From the UHGV virus genome UHGV-0130837: a stretch of DNA of 10,219 bases; one strand, 5' to 3'. The notes beneath the pieces were generated by a model that saw only the letters and a program-made list of their open reading frames with translations, searched no databases and was not told where the DNA came from. The first letter of the stretch is position 1. Each line of letters starts with the position of its first letter. Positions 7,654 through 10,219 of the stretch are shown piece after piece. Origin of the DNA: a virus. The position numbers and the translations under genes were made by a program.

Positions 7654-7884
7654 TCATCGCGTAACCCTGCCGGTTGGTTGCGGGCAGTTAGCCTGCACTG
7701 ATTTGTTGTGCGCCAGAATGTCGCGCTTCGTCTGCTTATCCAGCACATCGATATCGTGGTCAGTAAGGTAGATGATCCGCACCCAGCTGCACGCGGTATC
7801 AACCACCACCGGGGCGGGTAAACTTTTCGCGCAGCTCGCGATCAACATCGTCATCGCCCATACGCTTAACGCTCTCTTCAACAT
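7654..7884 (-). CDS. Outer-membrane spanin lipoprotein (o-spanin, Rz1-like), overlapped architecture
   Basis: Begins at Met54 of the 129-aa ORF: MLKRALSVWAMTMLIASC… is a lipoprotein signal peptide with lipobox IASC. The mature part is short, Pro-containing, with extra Cys. AAAGGGG Shine-Dalgarno 6 nt upstream. Starts inside the i-spanin gene in another frame and extends beyond it. Confidence 0.6.
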   Translation of the reverse strand: MLKRALSVWAMTMLIASCAKSLPAPVVVDTACSWVRIIYLTDHDIDVLDKQTKRDILAHNKSVQANCPQPTGRVTR

Positions 7885-8080
7885 CGCTGGCCCCTTTCGT
7901 GGCTTCTGCTTTACGTTCTGCCGCGGCGACGCTGGCGGCCGCCTTCTCTTCGGTGCGCTGCCGGCTGGCTTTCGCTTCTGCTTTACTGGTGCCTCGCGCA
8001 TGGCCAATGCCGAACGCGCCAGCAATAGCGCCCAGAATGACAACCACCAGCCCCGCGATAGCTTCTATTCCCATGATCAT
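7799..8080 (-). CDS. Inner-membrane spanin (i-spanin, Rz-like)
   Basis: 93 aa. N-terminal TM helix (IEAIAGLVVVILGAIAGAFGIG) followed by an Ala/Glu/Lys-rich helical region. Start overlaps the endolysin stop (ATGA). Caveats: shorter than typical Rz, and the charge distribution around the TM is atypical. Confidence 0.5.
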   Translation of the reverse strand: MIMGIEAIAGLVVVILGAIAGAFGIGHARGTSKAEAKASRQRTEEKAAASVAAAERKAEATKGASDVEESVKRMGDDDVDRELREKFTRPGGG

Positions 8081-8706
8081 CCCACCAGTACCGATTTTGC
8101 TTTCAGGAATCGGGCGCGTCGGTCATCAATGCCGTTCTGCCCGCCGTTGATAATCTGGGTCACGCGCACTAAATCTCCGTGGTATTTCAAACATCCGTTT
8201 GAGGTGTAAAACCAGGCTGCGCTGCGGGCCGCATTAATATATTTCTCCAACAACTCAGGGTTGCTGACTAAATCCAGTTTCAGTGCATTACCGCACTTCA
8301 TATAATTTTCGAGGAAGGTGATCCCGATAATTCCACGCCCGCGGTATTTCCAGCCATCGCCCGCAGCCTTATTGCCAAAACGATTGTTGTAGACGAGATT
8401 AGCGATCGCTCGTTGACGTTCGATCGGTAAAACCTTTTCGTAAGTTTTACGCCCCAGGGTGTTCGCCTGGTCCTGCGTGATGCGCTTTGCCTTCACAAAA
8501 CCAGCCAGGCCGGCAACGCTATAGTTAAAACTTTCGACCATCTGGGTAAATGACGTGCTTTCGTGTCCACACTGCGCTATGAACATCGCCTGATCGAGTG
8601 GAGCTGTAATGCCGAATTCTTTCATCGCAGCATCAATATGCGGAAACCAGCGCGCAGCTAACCCGGCGCTGATACCAGCCGCCCTTTGAAATTGTGATTG
8701 GTTCAT
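8077..8706 (-). CDS. Endolysin, glycoside hydrolase family 19 (chitinase-like) type
   Basis: 209 aa; sequence …FIAQCGHESTSFTQMVESFNYS…NNRFGNKAAGDGWKYRGRGIIGITFLENY… matches GH19-type phage lysins. No signal peptide. Start overlaps the upstream membrane-protein stop (TGATG). Confidence 0.88.
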   Translation of the reverse strand: MNQSQFQRAAGISAGLAARWFPHIDAAMKEFGITAPLDQAMFIAQCGHESTSFTQMVESFNYSVAGLAGFVKAKRITQDQANTLGRKTYEKVLPIERQRAIANLVYNNRFGNKAAGDGWKYRGRGIIGITFLENYMKCGNALKLDLVSNPELLEKYINAARSAAWFYTSNGCLKYHGDLVRVTQIINGGQNGIDDRRARFLKAKSVLVG

Positions 8707-8984
8707 CAGTGCCTCAGTGCATCAACCAGTCGCGCCACATTCCCCCTGAACCAGAGAACCGCGCCGCAGATAAGAATGTTAGCCAGCACCACCAGCCAGT
8801 GGGATGACTCGTACAGGCCAAACAGGAAACGGAAAGGGATGCTGGCATAAACCAGCACCATGAGATAAGCCAGAACGGATATGCCCGGACGGTGTCTCGC
8901 ACTACCTCGTTGGTAGAACATCAATGCCAGCACAATGACGGCGCAAATGACTGCATTGGCCAGCGCTGAAGGATCATTTACCAC
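8706..8984 (-). CDS. Holin/antiholin-like small membrane protein (about 3 TM segments)
   Basis: 92 aa, three hydrophobic segments, immediately upstream of and translationally coupled to the endolysin. Confidence 0.6.
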   Translation of the reverse strand: MVNDPSALANAVICAVIVLALMFYQRGSARHRPGISVLAYLMVLVYASIPFRFLFGLYESSHWLVVLANILICGAVLWFRGNVARLVDALRH

Positions 8985-9363
8985 TTGAACCTCCTCCCCG
9001 GAACCGGGTCAGCATATTGAACAAGCTATTTAGATCCTGGCTGTTGAGAAACGTCAGAACTTTGATGATAAGCGCTGATATTAATACGGCTCCCAACGCA
9101 TCAAGCGGACGGTCGCTGTAGCCAGTCCAGCTTGAAAGCTTGGAACCCACCAGACCGGCGCCCAGAACACCAACAATGAATGACGTCATAAAGTATGCCA
9201 CCAGCTTACCGCGCGATATGTTAGCTGCCGTGGCCACGTAAAAAACCGCCCCGGCGAACGCACCAAATACCACGCCGTAATCTATTCCGGTAGCCAGACC
9301 GAACATGCTAGCCCCCATCAGGCCGCCGGCCGCAACTGAAGTACCAGAGACAGGATCGGACAT
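8974..9363 (-). CDS. Putative holin (multi-TM small membrane protein with charged C-terminus)
   Basis: 129 aa with several Gly/Ala-rich hydrophobic helices and a basic C-terminal tail. First gene of the lysis cassette. AGAGGGGG Shine-Dalgarno upstream. Confidence 0.6.
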   Translation of the reverse strand: MSDPVSGTSVAAGGLMGASMFGLATGIDYGVVFGAFAGAVFYVATAANISRGKLVAYFMTSFIVGVLGAGLVGSKLSSWTGYSDRPLDALGAVLISALIIKVLTFLNSQDLNSLFNMLTRFRGGGSSGK

Positions 9364-9408
9364 TTAGCCCCCTCTATTGCTGTGGATCCTCTCAGAACGA
9401 GGGGAAAA

Positions 9409-9422
9409 TAGGATGGCCGCCA
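9409..9422 (+). repeat. 14-bp direct repeat copy 1 (TAGGATGGCCGCCA)
   Basis: Identical 14-mer at 9409-9422 and 10022-10035; the pair brackets the plus-strand gene 9606..10016 and its upstream region. Confidence 0.5.
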
Positions 9423-9605
9423 TGTGACAGCCACCAAAAATCACTGTAAAAATATCAGGATTCACCACCCTCTCAGACGGATTTATTCTTCTTGTTCAGT
9501 CTCGTCCGCGTACGAAGCCAAGGATGTATCCAAGACCAAAACAAGAAAAACCGAATCCCACCACGGGTAATACTGAATAAATAAAATCAGGCATAGGGAA
9601 ATCTC

Positions 9606-10016
9606 ATGGAAATTATTTCAGTAATCGGAGTGATACTGACACTGCTAGGGCTCTTTATTCCGTCACTAATCAGTAACCATTCGTCACGTAAGGCAGAGTT
9701 CAGGAAGCATTCCGCACCACTGCTGGGAAAGTTGCTAAGCGAAATTGAGGCTATTGAAGGAGGCTCTTATCCATTCAGGCTTATCAGCGATGCTGATTTC
9801 AACCAGTTGCTACCTTACGCCCCGAGGCGCAGGAAAAACGCTCTCCTTGATGCTTACACCAGTTATCTCGACGCTCATACGATGGCCACCACGAAGCACT
9901 GGCACGATGAACATCCATCCGATGGAATGCTATTTTTCCCGACGGGTTTCTCAGTCACTAATTCAGATGAGGTACTGAAGAAAATGCAACCTCTGAAAAA
10001 AGAACTCAGCAGATAG
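9606..10016 (+). CDS. Hypothetical membrane-anchored protein (136 aa), moron-like cargo gene
   Basis: ATG 9606-9608 with AGGGA 6 nt upstream. N-terminal TM helix (IISVIGVILTLLGLFIPSLI) followed by a basic stretch and a soluble domain of about 110 aa. Opposite strand to the late operon. Hand-counted GC of sampled lines is about 38-50%. Candidate -10 TAATACT at 9568-9574. Confidence 0.6.
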   Translation: MEIISVIGVILTLLGLFIPSLISNHSSRKAEFRKHSAPLLGKLLSEIEAIEGGSYPFRLISDADFNQLLPYAPRRRKNALLDAYTSYLDAHTMATTKHWHDEHPSDGMLFFPTGFSVTNSDEVLKKMQPLKKELSR

Positions 10017-10021
10017 TCCTT

Positions 10022-10035
10022 TAGGATGGCCGCCA
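10022..10035 (+). repeat. 14-bp direct repeat copy 2 (TAGGATGGCCGCCA)
   Basis: See copy 1; located 6 nt after the stop of the 9606..10016 gene. Confidence 0.5.
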
Positions 10036-10084
10036 GATGGATTAACGACAAAGCACAGAGTGAATGATGCTCTGGTGGCACAAA

Positions 10085-10109
10085 TAAAAAAGCCATGCAA
10101 ATGCATGGC
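10085..10109 (-). terminator. Intrinsic terminator (strong on minus strand; possibly bidirectional)
   Basis: Stem GCCATGC (10092-10098) / GCATGGC (10103-10109), loop AAAT. On the minus strand it is followed by TTTTTTATTTG; on the plus strand by a weaker CTTGTGGTTTG. Confidence 0.5.
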
Positions 10110-10219
10110 CTTGTGGTTTGAATCCGTTATTTACAAAATGTATTCGAGACAGTATCTTTCGACTTCCGGACAAAAAAACATATACCGGGACAAAATCTAA
10201 ATGTAACTGCCTTGCCTGC

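Larger units (their letters stand above)
1..10219. mobile_element. Prophage segment: lysis cassette plus DNA-packaging and head-morphogenesis module of an HK97-like tailed phage (partial; tail, integrase and att sites not in window)
   Basis: Contiguous minus-strand operon of holin/endolysin/spanin, HNH, terS, terL, portal, protease, HK97-type capsid and connector, with overlapping stop/start codons typical of phage late operons. Confidence 0.9.

Noticed and set aside
7654-8043. Full-length 129-aa ORF as a single protein
   Set aside because: The first 53 codons are a highly basic alternate frame of the i-spanin gene. A lipoprotein signal peptide begins at Met54 with its own Shine-Dalgarno, so only 7654..7884 is called.
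7502-8209. Plus-strand ORFs 7502..7771, 7772..8209, 7899..8150
   Set aside because: Antisense to the spanin and endolysin genes; Ala/Arg-rich shadow frames.
8714-8902. 62-aa minus ORF
   Set aside because: Alternate frame inside the holin-like gene 8706..8984.
9745-10096. ORFs 9745..9978 (plus) and 9875..10096 (minus)
   Set aside because: Overlap the better-supported 9606..10016 gene. The minus ORF starts inside the terminator hairpin.
10126-10219. Possible C-terminal end of a minus-strand gene entering from the right edge
   Set aside because: An open frame ends at TAA 10126-10128, but the region is AT-rich with no start in the window and an odd Cys/Phe-rich translation. Cannot be distinguished from non-coding leader sequence.
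1-10219. CRISPR arrays, tRNA or rRNA genes, IS elements
   Set aside because: No spaced direct-repeat arrays, no cloverleaf-like conserved tRNA motifs noticed, and no transposase-like ORFs. The only notable repeat is the 14-bp pair reported above.

Overview
The window is the late-gene region of an integrated tailed prophage with HK97-like head and packaging genes and lambdoid gene order, most likely in an enterobacterial host. Almost everything is on the minus strand, in tightly coupled order from right to left: two holin-like membrane proteins, a GH19-type endolysin, an overlapped i-/o-spanin pair, small ORFs, an HNH endonuclease, terminase small (P27 family) and large subunits, portal, prohead protease, HK97-fold major capsid protein, a small ORF, the head-tail connector, and the start of a head-tail adaptor running off the left edge. 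Two self-contained plus-strand genes with visibly lower GC interrupt this backbone at classic moron positions: 7279..7563 (94 aa, between lysis and packaging) and 9606..10016 (136 aa, membrane-anchored, upstream of the lysis cassette, flanked by a perfect 14-bp direct repeat). These are the best candidates for undescribed accessory functions such as superinfection exclusion, defence or anti-defence, but their function is inference only. Other points of note are a structured HNH-terS intergenic region that may hold cos, an ORF interrupted by an in-frame TAA, and several hairpin terminators inside the late operon. No rRNA, tRNA or CRISPR array was recognised. All protein family calls come from reading the translations and from gene order; no database search was run.
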